Translations under genes and position numbers: made by a program
Origin: a virus
Lineage: Duplodnaviria > Caudoviricetes
Length of the DNA: 64,000 nt
Reading direction: 5' to 3' (one strand)
Virus record (IMG/VR): IMGVR_UViG_3300031555_001469
Shown: piece by piece, positions 29,230-39,745 of the stretch
Position numbering within the stretch: position 1 is the stretch's first letter
Layout of the letters: every line of letters begins with the position of its first letter
Notes under the pieces: generated by a model
Databases searched by the model: none
Seen by the model: only the letters and a program-made list of their open reading frames with translations
Told to the model about the DNA's origin: nothing

Positions 29230-31581
29230 TTATAATCGTACCATATCAGTACGAAGTATGCGACCTGTTTCTTTGATATTGATGATTTTAGCACCACCTG
29301 AGATGGAGGAGCCTTCTGGTATCTCAGAAACGTTAATTTGAATTCTTTCCTTTTCTGTAGTGACCATAACAGCGTCGTTTAGATGCAGTCCGTAAATAGA
29401 ATGGATCTTATCGTTACCTGCAAGCTTGATTACATTAGAACCTTTTCTTCCTCGTAACATTGGAGCCATTGCTACCTGACTAAATCTATTTACTTTACCC
29501 TGTTCTGTAATAACTACGATATCTGTAGTATCGGAAGTGATGATAGATAATCCATCGATTATATCAGCATTCATAGATCTATTACCTTTGGTACTTCTCT
29601 TAAGATGAGGAATATCATCGATCTTTAATCTTAATGCCTTTGTATCACTATAAACAACTACATCAGACTTAGAAGATATAATCTTTACGTCTGCTACTGT
29701 ATCACCTGGATCAAGCTTAATATAAGCAATGCCAGATAATGTAGCACCTAAGATGTCTTCTATATCCATTTTCTTAATTAATCCAGCCTTAGTTACAACC
29801 ACGATGAAATACTTAAGCTGCTTATCTGCAAAAGTCTTTACATCTGGCTCATACATAACTGAATTGATATTAGATGTCATATTTTTATTAAGCATTCTAA
29901 TATCTGTTCCAGCACTTCTCTTATCAGTGAATGGAATCTTATGAATAGGAATCTTAAATACTTTACCCTGCTCATCAAAGACAATAAGGTTTTCTATATT
30001 GTCACCCTTGATAGCATACTTAGCAGTATCACCAGCTCCTACTGTTACGTTATCATTTAACTGAAGCTTCTTAACGAAGTTCTTTTCAGTAAATATAACT
30101 TTGAATTCACCCTGAGGAATATCAGTAGCTTCTGCTGCAGAGATTAATCTTCTTCTCGGAGCATTGCCATACTTCTTTTTAATTTCCTCAAGTTCCTGAA
30201 TAATTTCTGTATCGAAATCTTCATGAATAATCTTATCTGTTAAGAATGCCCTCTTCGTTTCAAGCTTATCGAATTCGTCTTTATAATTAGTAAGTGAGCC
30301 CATAGATAATTGGCTAACCTGTCTAGTTATAATGAACTCCGCCTGAAGAGGAGTAATATTAGTTTTCTTAACGATATAATCAATTACGTACTGCTTATCA
30401 TTTCCTTTATACTTCCGGATCATAGCAATAATATCATCGATATGGCCTGAGGTAAGTACTTTGATAAATGCATCTAACTGATGTAATCTTGTCTTAACTG
30501 GTTGTAACCTATTACAGTACAATCTGAACTTAGTTAATTTTCTAAATTCGATGAAAGCCTGTAAGTAGCTTTTATAAGACATTCTCATTAAGTTGATTCC
30601 GTCAAGTACTTCAAAGTTTACTCTACAAGACTGCTCTAAGTCAGTCTTAGAATAAAGTACCTGCTTAACGAACTCTGGATCTGCACCCTTCTTAAGAACG
30701 AGTACATATCTCAACTGATCTGGTGTAGACAAATCTTTATCTTCTTTAACCTGAACCAATTCATTGGTCTCGATTAATTTATTGATCTTATCTTTGATAT
30801 TGTCCAAGAAAACCAAATCTGGCATAGATGTAATTTCTAAGGCAGGGTATCCATCACTCTCGATGATATCAATTCTACCTCTTACCTTATAAGTACCAAA
30901 TCCCTTATTACAAATCTGCTTCCAGTTAGTATCAATAATATCACATCTCATAGAATGATCCGGGATAATTACTACAGAAGCATTAGGATTCTTAATAAGT
31001 TCTATTGTTGCATCGATAACCTCATTAATATTATGACGAGGTATCTCTACCTTTAAACCAGAACCAATACCGAAAGCTCCGTTGATCAATAAGATCGGAA
31101 CCTTTGCCGGTAAGTATTCTGGTTCAACAGTTGTTTCATCAAAGTTCTTAATCCAGTCTACAACTTTATCTGTTTCTCCAAGTTCAGCAAGCATACACTC
31201 TTTTGCGAAATCAGATAATCTAATATCTGTATATCGCATTGCGGCTGCAGGGTCACCCTGGAAAGTACCGAAGCTGGATTCTGAATATATCAAAGGGATA
31301 TTAGTTTCGAACCAATTGACCATCGGTTTAATTGCTCCGTAAATACCACTATCACCATGTGGGTGAAATTTACCCATTACCATACCTACGATGTTTGCGG
31401 ACTTAGATAAATGATCAGTCGCACCCATCTTCTGCATGGTGTATAAAATCTTTCTCTGTACAGGCTTCTGCCCATCTTTGTAATCTGGAGTTACACGAGA
31501 TCTACTAATATAAATAGCATATTTCTGAGTATACTCCTTATTAATTTGGGCAGCGTTTACATCAATGTATTTATCTTCCAT
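29230..31581 (-). CDS. gyrA: DNA gyrase/type IIA topoisomerase subunit A
   Basis: DGQKPVQRKI, FHPHGDS, AAAMRYT catalytic Tyr, C-terminal beta-pinwheel repeats. Confidence 0.92.
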   Translation of the reverse strand: MEDKYIDVNAAQINKEYTQKYAIYISRSRVTPDYKDGQKPVQRKILYTMQKMGATDHLSKSANIVGMVMGKFHPHGDSGIYGAIKPMVNWFETNIPLIYSESSFGTFQGDPAAAMRYTDIRLSDFAKECMLAELGETDKVVDWIKNFDETTVEPEYLPAKVPILLINGAFGIGSGLKVEIPRHNINEVIDATIELIKNPNASVVIIPDHSMRCDIIDTNWKQICNKGFGTYKVRGRIDIIESDGYPALEITSMPDLVFLDNIKDKINKLIETNELVQVKEDKDLSTPDQLRYVLVLKKGADPEFVKQVLYSKTDLEQSCRVNFEVLDGINLMRMSYKSYLQAFIEFRKLTKFRLYCNRLQPVKTRLHQLDAFIKVLTSGHIDDIIAMIRKYKGNDKQYVIDYIVKKTNITPLQAEFIITRQVSQLSMGSLTNYKDEFDKLETKRAFLTDKIIHEDFDTEIIQELEEIKKKYGNAPRRRLISAAEATDIPQGEFKVIFTEKNFVKKLQLNDNVTVGAGDTAKYAIKGDNIENLIVFDEQGKVFKIPIHKIPFTDKRSAGTDIRMLNKNMTSNINSVMYEPDVKTFADKQLKYFIVVVTKAGLIKKMDIEDILGATLSGIAYIKLDPGDTVADVKIISSKSDVVVYSDTKALRLKIDDIPHLKRSTKGNRSMNADIIDGLSIITSDTTDIVVITEQGKVNRFSQVAMAPMLRGRKGSNVIKLAGNDKIHSIYGLHLNDAVMVTTEKERIQINVSEIPEGSSISGGAKIINIKETGRILRTDMVRL

Positions 31582-31697
31582 AATACACTCTCCTTTACTT
31601 TAATTAATTATTAGTTTACTTCTAGTCATTTTTATAATATATACTTGACAAAAGATTTCCCTGTAGAGCATTAAACCCTACAGGGAAAGTCCTTGTT

Positions 31698-32135
31698 TTA
31701 CTCTTCTACACTATCTGCTGTAGTGTTTACCGGTTCAATATCAAGACCAATGATAGTCTTAACTGTACCCTTGTTGTCAACAGCTACTCTTGCGAAGATA
31801 ACTGCATCACCTAAGTTTTCGATAGCCTTTACATAGCTATTTCTAACAGCTACTGTAAAGATTTCACCATCGATGTCATAGCTCTTAATGTAACCAACGT
31901 TGGTATAACCATTACCTCCACCCATATACTGTCTATGTACATATACAGGAATAGAGATAAGACCAAAAGGAACCTTATCAAGGATATCTAATAAGGTATC
32001 TCTGTTGTACTCTTTGAGATTAGTAGCATTAGAAGCATTGAGATAGAATTTCATATCTACTGTCTTCTTTACTACCTTCTTCTCCTTCTTATCGTTTTTT
32101 CTGTTGTTGTTCTGAGTCTTGCGTGTATTAGCCAT
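31698..32135 (-). CDS. hypothetical protein with a basic N-terminus
   Basis: RBS; GACA-N6-TAA at 32196-32208. Confidence 0.65.
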   Translation of the reverse strand: MANTRKTQNNNRKNDKKEKKVVKKTVDMKFYLNASNATNLKEYNRDTLLDILDKVPFGLISIPVYVHRQYMGGGNGYTNVGYIKSYDIDGEIFTVAVRNSYVKAIENLGDAVIFARVAVDNKGTVKTIIGLDIEPVNTTADSVEE

Positions 32136-32487
32136 CGCTACATACCTCCATTAAAATTAAATTATTAGACGCTTTTAGAATCACACTCTGCATCTTTACA
32201 ATTATGTCATAGGTATGGTAAATTTAAACAAAAGTCGTCGGGTACTCCCTCAAAGAGTACCCGACATTTGTATTTGACAGCCATAGACTGCACTTTTCGT
32301 TCTTACAGATTTTCCAACCCCACTTTGTTCAACTGGTATCTTTGCCGAATTGTTTCTCCTAGAACTACTTACTATTATGTTGTAAAAAATTATAAAGTTA
32401 ATATAAGAAAAATAAAAAGCGGTGTAGATATACTCTACACCGCTTCCAATTATTTTTGCATTGTTCCTAAAACATTTCTCCTTAATT

Positions 32488-34857
32488 TTAATCCATTACA
32501 TCCTCTTTGCTAACTTTAACGTCTTTGAGAAGTAACGATCTATCGGATTCCATTTCTCTAATGAGCTGGATTTCCTTCTTTAAGTCTTCGATATTGAAAC
32601 GAATATAATTTCTTCCAATACCAGGTTTTGTTGTACTTTCTGCTAAAGCAGTATCCTTCATTTCACCAAGACCTTTATATCTATTGATATTGGCTGGTGC
32701 GAAGTTATCAAACTTAAGCATGAGTTCATACAACGTAACTTTCTGACCATCAAGAATATAATACTCTTCAGCCTTGCTAATATATGTCATTACGTCTTTT
32801 ACAATCATACGGAAATATTCGTTGATAAATAAAGACTTAATTCCTTCACCAACAAGGCCATCAAGATAAATCATACTACCTTCCTGAGTTACAGTTACGA
32901 ACTTATATTCCTTTTCGATTGCCTTCTTAAACTTATCAAATGGTAAGTGTAATCTAAACAATACGAATTCCATAAGTTCTGGATTAACTGCATTAATATC
33001 AGACACAGATCTTAAACTTTCAAGATAACCATTGTTATTATATAACAGAGAGGTTATCTGTTTATCTGTATACTTCTTGCCAGTAGTAGCATCCTCTAAT
33101 CTGCACTTAGCACTAAATTGAGAAGTTAAGTACTGAGAGTATGCAAGTCTATCTTTGAAGTATAATGGCTCCTTACCCTTCTCTATAACTCTGTACAGAG
33201 GAGGTGTAGCAGCAAATACTCGTCCATGAATAATTAATTCTGGACAATACAGGATAAAGAACTTCAATAACAGAGATGCGATATGATCACCATCGACATC
33301 GGCGTCTGTTAAGATTACAATTCTCTTCCATTTAACTGCATCAATATTACCTTTATTCTTATTATAATCTTCATAGATAATTCTAAGAATAGCGGATACT
33401 TCTGCATTATTAAGGAACTCAGATTTCTTAGTGGTAAATGCATTCGGCAGTTTACCTCTAATCGGGAATAATCCCTGAGATGGTTTATGTCTACTATTCA
33501 TCAAGGAACCTCTAGCGGATTTACCCTCGATAATGTATAACTCCCATTCCTCATCTTTCCAAGAACCAGTAGGCTTTACATACTGTTCTGGCATACCCTG
33601 AGACAGAGAATTAGATTTATAGTTATTAGATAACTTAACCTTTTCTCCCTCAGACTTTAATCTGATTTCACAAATCTCTTTAAAGAATTTACACAGCTTC
33701 TGAAGATCCTGTGGATTCTCTTTAGACCATACTTCTAAGGATTTGCTTACAAGTTCCTTGACAAAGTCGTACATATCGGCATTGTCAAGAATCTCCTTGG
33801 CCTGACCCGAGAAAACCGGTTTCAAATGAGCTACAGAAATAATAGCCTTTAAGCTAGTTCTGATATCTGCATTTATAACACTAAGTTTCTTGTTGTTGGC
33901 AAGGTAAATCTTATTCATGTAGTTTCTAAAGAAATTGCATAATCCGTCCATAAATCCGTCCATATGCGTACCCGCAATAGTAGGACAGAAGTTACTGAAG
34001 GAATTAATATCTTCTGATGTAAGATTACTTGTATCATATGTGAAAGCTATGTCTGCTTTCATGATACCAGTCTCTAACTGCATAACTACTGGTTTGATTA
34101 ATGGTTTATTAGTCTTAAGAATTAAGTCTGTAATAATACCATCTTCATTAACCATAGTTTCTTTAATAGCTTTACCATCCATTAAGATACCGTTAAATTC
34201 AATAACAGCACCAATTTTAATTAATGGTAATAATCTCTTGATCAGACCTAATACGTCTGCACAAGTTGTTGTAATCTCACCCATGATTTCATAGGATGGG
34301 TGAAACATAATAACGGTTCCCTGTTTACCTGGGTTAGGTGCCTGCACCTCTCCCTTATCCCAAGGTTTACCGTCATAGAATTCAATATGTCTTGCATCTC
34401 CTAAGATATAGGAGTCTACAATAAACACATCACTTAAAGCATTGGTTACTTTAGAACCAACACCGTGTAAACCAGAACTGAATTCACCTTCCTTCTTTAT
34501 ATAGTTAGAAGATGTGTTCTGGGAAGTTAAGATTCTTATGATATGGCCGAAAGGTAAACCTCTACCATTATCTTCAATAATAACAGTATGATTTCTTTCA
34601 TCATAAGATACTTTGATACTTGTACATGGAGAATCCTTCTTAACTAATTCGTCGATTGAGTTCTGAAGGATTTCTCGAATCATATTGATGAAACCTTTGT
34701 TTCTCAAATATCCAATAAACTGACCAGGGTTCTGTCTAACCGCATCTACGAACTCTTCAATCGTTTTGATAGAGTCTGCATAATTCTTGATGTTTTCGAT
34801 CATAGCAGAATCCTGGATAACATTATTCACTTCAAGCTTCTTGGCCATTATATTCAA
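32488..34857 (-). CDS. gyrB: DNA gyrase/type IIA topoisomerase subunit B
   Basis: EILQNSIDE, DNGRGLP, GLHGVG, EGKSA, PIRGK, TDADVDG, RYKGLGEM. Confidence 0.93.
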   Translation of the reverse strand: MNIMAKKLEVNNVIQDSAMIENIKNYADSIKTIEEFVDAVRQNPGQFIGYLRNKGFINMIREILQNSIDELVKKDSPCTSIKVSYDERNHTVIIEDNGRGLPFGHIIRILTSQNTSSNYIKKEGEFSSGLHGVGSKVTNALSDVFIVDSYILGDARHIEFYDGKPWDKGEVQAPNPGKQGTVIMFHPSYEIMGEITTTCADVLGLIKRLLPLIKIGAVIEFNGILMDGKAIKETMVNEDGIITDLILKTNKPLIKPVVMQLETGIMKADIAFTYDTSNLTSEDINSFSNFCPTIAGTHMDGFMDGLCNFFRNYMNKIYLANNKKLSVINADIRTSLKAIISVAHLKPVFSGQAKEILDNADMYDFVKELVSKSLEVWSKENPQDLQKLCKFFKEICEIRLKSEGEKVKLSNNYKSNSLSQGMPEQYVKPTGSWKDEEWELYIIEGKSARGSLMNSRHKPSQGLFPIRGKLPNAFTTKKSEFLNNAEVSAILRIIYEDYNKNKGNIDAVKWKRIVILTDADVDGDHIASLLLKFFILYCPELIIHGRVFAATPPLYRVIEKGKEPLYFKDRLAYSQYLTSQFSAKCRLEDATTGKKYTDKQITSLLYNNNGYLESLRSVSDINAVNPELMEFVLFRLHLPFDKFKKAIEKEYKFVTVTQEGSMIYLDGLVGEGIKSLFINEYFRMIVKDVMTYISKAEEYYILDGQKVTLYELMLKFDNFAPANINRYKGLGEMKDTALAESTTKPGIGRNYIRFNIEDLKKEIQLIREMESDRSLLLKDVKVSKEDVMD

Positions 34858-34977
34858 CCTCCATTTATTTTTACTTACTTTTAAGTTGGAATAATGGTTA
34901 TAAAAAATATTGTACTTGTGACATTAGCAAAACAATTAACCAGGGATCGTGATGACCCCTGGTTAATTGAATACGTA

Positions 34978-35754
34978 CTATACGTTAAGTACCTTAGAAT
35001 TTGTCACTGCACCTTCAGCTGGCTGATTCTGAGCCTGAGCAGGCTGAGCTGTCATAGCTGGCTGCTGTGCTGCGCTTGGATCTACGCCTACACCACCGAA
35101 TGGATTAACGCCCTGAGGCATCTGTCCGGTTATCATAGGCTGTGGCTGATAGCCATACATCGGCTGCTGAGCCGCTGCATTTGGATCGTACATTGGCTGC
35201 TGCATACCCATCATCTGTGGGTTGTACATAGCCATTGGATTTGTAAGCATTCCTAACATAGCGAATCCTCTCTGATTGTTCTGATCATAGATTGGATTGC
35301 CCTGTTCCTGCTTAGCAAACTCATTACAAGAAATCTCATAAAGCTTAGGAGCTTTCTTGAGTAATGGGAGCATAGCAAAATACTGCTTAGCTACACCTTC
35401 TGGAATTGTTAAATACTGAAGCTTAATGGTCTGAAGAATATCTTCCATAACCTTAGCTGCGCCTTCAACATCCTGCTGAGTCCAATCTGCCTTAAAAGTC
35501 GCACCACAAATCGGGCAATAAAGTTCACCGCTAGCTGTAGGCTGCACCACAATCTTGTTTCCTTCCTTGTGAGTACAAGCGGATGCAAGCATTTCCATCG
35601 GATCTACTGCCAGACTAAAGGATGGTCCCTTCTGTCTAAGCTGATTGATTTCCTGAGCTGTTAAAGGCTGAGTCATTGGAATGGTTCTCTGCTGACCATA
35701 TACCTGAGCTCCTGTGTTTACTCCGTAAGGTGTGAAATAGTTGTTACCGTTCAT
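34978..35754 (-). CDS. Zn-finger protein with a Q/P/M-rich low-complexity C-terminus
   Basis: CTH...CPICG; QQPMY repeats. Confidence 0.7.
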   Translation of the reverse strand: MNGNNYFTPYGVNTGAQVYGQQRTIPMTQPLTAQEINQLRQKGPSFSLAVDPMEMLASACTHKEGNKIVVQPTASGELYCPICGATFKADWTQQDVEGAAKVMEDILQTIKLQYLTIPEGVAKQYFAMLPLLKKAPKLYEISCNEFAKQEQGNPIYDQNNQRGFAMLGMLTNPMAMYNPQMMGMQQPMYDPNAAAQQPMYGYQPQPMITGQMPQGVNPFGGVGVDPSAAQQPAMTAQPAQAQNQPAEGAVTNSKVLNV

Positions 35755-35857
35755 AATAATGTACCTCCATTAATTTGATTTTTATTTTATATGAATAGCA
35801 TTGATCTCTATTCAATACTATTATATATTATTATTTTAAAGTTTAAAGAGTTGTATT

Positions 35858-36256
35858 TTAATACTTACTCTCATTCTGATCAGATAATACGTTACTATAG
35901 TATTTCTGAATCTTAGCAGCTCTTTCGGAATCGAATTCCTTACCTCCGATGCCATTAATAGCTGTCATTGTAGATGCAGTTTCGTCAACTGGGATGAAGT
36001 ATGAGATACTTCTGATATCCTCATATCCGAAACTAATTGCTTCGATTTCTCTCTGCTTCTGAAAAGCAGGTTCTGCAGTAGGTCTAATTACATGTACCAT
36101 CTGTAATTCATCGTTCCATGTAATTACATCTGTTAGAGAATTGACAATCTGGTTATTGTCAAAGAATAACTTAAAAGGACGACTGTCCTTCTTCAATGCA
36201 TCTCTCAATGCAATCACGCTTTCTCCTAACATTTTTCTTTCCCTCCTTTTTAGCAT
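35858..36256 (-). CDS. hypothetical protein (start probably MLGES)
   Basis: ORF with GGAGG RBS. Confidence 0.6.
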   Translation of the reverse strand: MLKRRERKMLGESVIALRDALKKDSRPFKLFFDNNQIVNSLTDVITWNDELQMVHVIRPTAEPAFQKQREIEAISFGYEDIRSISYFIPVDETASTMTAINGIGGKEFDSERAAKIQKYYSNVLSDQNESKY

Positions 36257-36557
36257 AAATATAATCTACATACTTCCAATAGTATTTAGGAAGGTTGTAG
36301 ACTGTTGTACCAACATTATCATCTTTCGCAATAATAAGTACATACTTCTGATAGATTATGGTATAATATCCTTCTCTGGACACCTTCTCCATATAATCTC
36401 TCAATTGTTTGTTAGTGACATCTTCACATCTGATGCCTTTTTCAATAGCTTTCTCAAGAAACTTATCCTGAGAGCCATGTTTGATATTGGCTCTCTTGGT
36501 AAGTCTCTTGGTCATATGATCAGACCGTTTAATTTTTACATTACTATCCAAAGGCAT
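36171..36557 (-). CDS. basic hypothetical protein
   Basis: ORF in operon. Confidence 0.5.
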   Translation of the reverse strand: MPLDSNVKIKRSDHMTKRLTKRANIKHGSQDKFLEKAIEKGIRCEDVTNKQLRDYMEKVSREGYYTIIYQKYVLIIAKDDNVGTTVYNLPKYYWKYVDYIYAKKEGKKNVRRKRDCIERCIEEGQSSF

Positions 36558-36567
36558 TACTTGACTA

Positions 36568-37083
36568 CTACAGGTTATACTTTAAGCGATTCTGATTAAT
36601 CTGAGCTGTAGCCACATTCAGAAATTCAAGATCGCCAGAGTGTATAGCCGATGTAATTGCAGTCATAATAATGTTATAAGCCTGTAAAGTTGCCTGATCA
36701 TTCATAAGATTTTCCTGAATTAAAGTTGGAGCAATTCCATACTCAGGATGCTTTAATAATTCTTCCTCACCCTTAGATCTAACGAATGCCTGGTTGAGCT
36801 TTGTCTGACAAGCGATAACTGCATTGTTAGCGAAATGAGGATTCAAGAATACCTGACCTTCATATGTGATATCGAAATTACCCATTGCGATATCTCTGAA
36901 AGATCTAATAGCATCTTTCTGCATATCCAGTGGAGTTCTCTGGTTAATATATAACTCAATATCTCCCTGGAAGTTCTTTGCGATGGTGTCTTTAAGATTA
37001 GATGGTCTCTGTTTCTTATTAGCACCGCCGGTTTGTTTCTTAGCCATATTATTAGCCTCCTTTAAATTTTTATATATCTTCAC
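36568..37083 (-). CDS. hypothetical protein (start probably MAKKQ)
   Basis: GGAGG RBS before MAKKQ. Confidence 0.6.
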   Translation of the reverse strand: MKIYKNLKEANNMAKKQTGGANKKQRPSNLKDTIAKNFQGDIELYINQRTPLDMQKDAIRSFRDIAMGNFDITYEGQVFLNPHFANNAVIACQTKLNQAFVRSKGEEELLKHPEYGIAPTLIQENLMNDQATLQAYNIIMTAITSAIHSGDLEFLNVATAQINQNRLKYNL

Positions 37084-37513
37084 CCTCTACAATACCACCA
37101 CTGGTGACATTGATAGGAGTGTGGATATCATAATCTGTATTGCCATACTGAGCTGCATATTCATCCTCAGAATCCCCAACTACATAGTCTTCGATATCAA
37201 ATCTAGCTCCATAGTTAGTAGAATCATAGAACTCTTCCATATGCTTCATGAACTGGTAAAGATTAGCTTCTTCACCAAACTTACGTCCTTCGACTAAGAT
37301 GATAGATTCTTCTACATCTACGCCGCCGGCTTCAATAGTACTCTTGCAGTTTCTATAAGCTTCTGTTCTACCTTCAACTTTAACCCAATCAGTACTACCG
37401 TCATCATAATAATAACAAATTAAATATAACCGCATTTCAGGCGGCTTCTTAGCCTCTTTTTCTTCGTTAGATACTTTAACGATAGGCTGAATAACTTTTC
37501 TTGGATTTTCCAT
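37070..37513 (-). CDS. acidic hypothetical early protein
   Basis: RBS; TATATTAT at 37573-37580. Confidence 0.65.
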   Translation of the reverse strand: MENPRKVIQPIVKVSNEEKEAKKPPEMRLYLICYYYDDGSTDWVKVEGRTEAYRNCKSTIEAGGVDVEESIILVEGRKFGEEANLYQFMKHMEEFYDSTNYGARFDIEDYVVGDSEDEYAAQYGNTDYDIHTPINVTSGGIVEGEDI

Positions 37514-37612
37514 TTTATAATCTCCTTTAAATAATTTATATTGAGTTGATAATTCTATATCAACTCAATATAATAATATATATTTATTCATTTGTTTTAA
37601 TTAAAATAATAC

Positions 37613-38830
37613 TCAACTGAAGCTATATCCATTTACATACATCTTAGGACGTCTAATTACATAGATAAGACCGTTAGAAAATCTAGTAGCCCCTACATAA
37701 TTAAGCTTCTTATTGATCGCTGGATTAAGGTACTCCTCAATATAAATACCATTACAATACTGAGCACCCTGAGATATATGGGAAGTTACTGCATAAGCGA
37801 ACTCAAAGCATTCTCCTTGTTCAAACTTATCATTCTTAACCTTCTTTCTTATCTCATTATTACCAGTAAAATACTTGTAGTTACAGTGTATGTCTTTGAA
37901 GGCTGTAACCAATAAGTTAGGCTGGAAGTCTATGGTAAACATCTTCCCATCAAATCCAGAAAGATCTGGGAAGTTATTTACTGTACCCACCAACCCATTA
38001 GCTAAGTTAATACCATCGGATTGAATAAGTCTATTATTCTTTCTGCATACGACTCTCTCACCAAATGTAGGTAATTCTGAATCTACACCAAGAATCTGAT
38101 TCCTTACTCTCCTATTGATTGTTTCTCTGGTATCATTCTTTCCACATATTACAATATCGGACTGTGCTATCATCATATCGTTCATTTCATCTTCATATAT
38201 AACAACAGCGTCACCGTAATATCCTGGGTATATAGGAAGATCCTGTCTAATTCTCTCTTTCAGATAGATGATACCAGACTGCCTAGCCTGCCTCATAATC
38301 TCAGTAAGATAGAATATCTTGCTAGGATCTGTAAGATATGCTGGTTGACCTTCTACTGGCGGTAACTGATCTACGTCACCACATACAAGGACTTTTATAC
38401 CATGCATTTCAATGTATTGTTTAAGATATGAAGGTACACAGTATCCTTCATCAATAATGATTAACTTGATACCATATAACTTCTTAGGTTCGAATTCTAA
38501 TCCCATAACTGGACGGTTTAAATACGTATTCATTATGAGATTTCCCTCTACATCTTTTCTTACACCCTGGACTGGGTTGAACAGCCCAGAGTGAATAGTA
38601 GAAGCATTTACTAAGCCTTTTGTTTTTAAATTAATAGCTGCGGCGCCAATATAAGCCATAGGTAATATTTCTTCCATAGATAAACCTAATCGCTGTATAG
38701 CCTGCATCAAACAGAACGTCTTTCCAGTACCTGGGCCACCAGAATATTGGAATACAAGTTCGGATGAATGAAAAAACCAATTGTATATTGCTTTAAGTAA
38801 TTTTTCTTGCCCTTCATTCGGCGTTATCAT
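37613..38830 (-). CDS. Dda/RecD-like SF1B helicase
   Basis: GGPGTGKT, IIIDE, GDVDQLPPV, LTEIMRQ, YAVTSHISQG, YVGATR. Confidence 0.9.
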   Translation of the reverse strand: MITPNEGQEKLLKAIYNWFFHSSELVFQYSGGPGTGKTFCLMQAIQRLGLSMEEILPMAYIGAAAINLKTKGLVNASTIHSGLFNPVQGVRKDVEGNLIMNTYLNRPVMGLEFEPKKLYGIKLIIIDEGYCVPSYLKQYIEMHGIKVLVCGDVDQLPPVEGQPAYLTDPSKIFYLTEIMRQARQSGIIYLKERIRQDLPIYPGYYGDAVVIYEDEMNDMMIAQSDIVICGKNDTRETINRRVRNQILGVDSELPTFGERVVCRKNNRLIQSDGINLANGLVGTVNNFPDLSGFDGKMFTIDFQPNLLVTAFKDIHCNYKYFTGNNEIRKKVKNDKFEQGECFEFAYAVTSHISQGAQYCNGIYIEEYLNPAINKKLNYVGATRFSNGLIYVIRRPKMYVNGYSFS

Positions 38831-38844
38831 AATAAAACTCCTAT

Positions 38845-39321
38845 CTATTTCTTTTTTGTAGTTTTAGGTTTCTTAACAACTGGCTCAGACTTAAAGTCAA
38901 ACTTAGATACATCTTCTCCAGATTCATTTATCTGACAAATAATATCCATAATTCTTACAGACTCATTATGATATGGATTGGATTCTAATGTATCGTCTCC
39001 TGTCTTAACCTTTAGAATTTGTTTGTCCCCAGGGCCTGCAGTATTAACACAGATATCAACTCCTCGTAAACCTTCGTCTTCTAACTTATTAGAATAATAT
39101 CCAAATAAGAAATTCATAAGCTTAGGGTTATTCAAAGGATCATAGTTAATCTCATCTTTTGTTGTTCTAGTTACAGCCCCATAGTTATATTTGAGATATT
39201 TACCTTTCACTAAAATAGGCATTCCACTTTCTTCGTCTACGATATGACTATCCTCGTCAATATCCAGACCAATTTCTTTTAAAGTTAAATCTCCAAATTC
39301 AATAATATCTTTATTTTGCAT
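38845..39321 (-). CDS. hypothetical protein
   Basis: ORF with AGGAGG RBS. Confidence 0.65.
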   Translation of the reverse strand: MQNKDIIEFGDLTLKEIGLDIDEDSHIVDEESGMPILVKGKYLKYNYGAVTRTTKDEINYDPLNNPKLMNFLFGYYSNKLEDEGLRGVDICVNTAGPGDKQILKVKTGDDTLESNPYHNESVRIMDIICQINESGEDVSKFDFKSEPVVKKPKTTKKK

Positions 39322-39380
39322 AATAGCGTTCCTCCTATTGATTTATGATTTTAACACCTTAATAAATGGAGGTGTTAAAC

Positions 39381-39734
39381 ATGAATAGTTTTAATACGAC
39401 TAATAATAACACTCAATCTCTTAGGCAAGAGATTGCAGTATTACAATCAGATGTAAGTAAATATAAACCTGGAAAAGCTGAGTTTCTTATCCCAGCATTA
39501 TCTATTTCCTCAGGTACATTTACTAATAAAACAAATATTAAATTAAACAATAAAGATTCGTCCTCTTCGTTAGTTTCTGTAACTACGTCTGATACAATTA
39601 CTTTAGATATACCTAAAGAATTTACCAGATACTTTAGTACAAAAATTGTAAAGAAGGGTACACGATTCATTGTTTCGTTTATCGGCGGTGATATAACTAC
39701 CGCTAGAATTACTGGATGTTTCGATAGATATTAG
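39381..39734 (+). CDS. late protein, possibly baseplate-associated (start MNSF)
   Basis: AACA-N6-TAA promoter 39353-39365, RBS, adjacent to the wedge-like gene. Confidence 0.5.
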   Translation: MNSFNTTNNNTQSLRQEIAVLQSDVSKYKPGKAEFLIPALSISSGTFTNKTNIKLNNKDSSSSLVSVTTSDTITLDIPKEFTRYFSTKIVKKGTRFIVSFIGGDITTARITGCFDRY

Positions 39735-39745
39735 GAGGTAATCAT

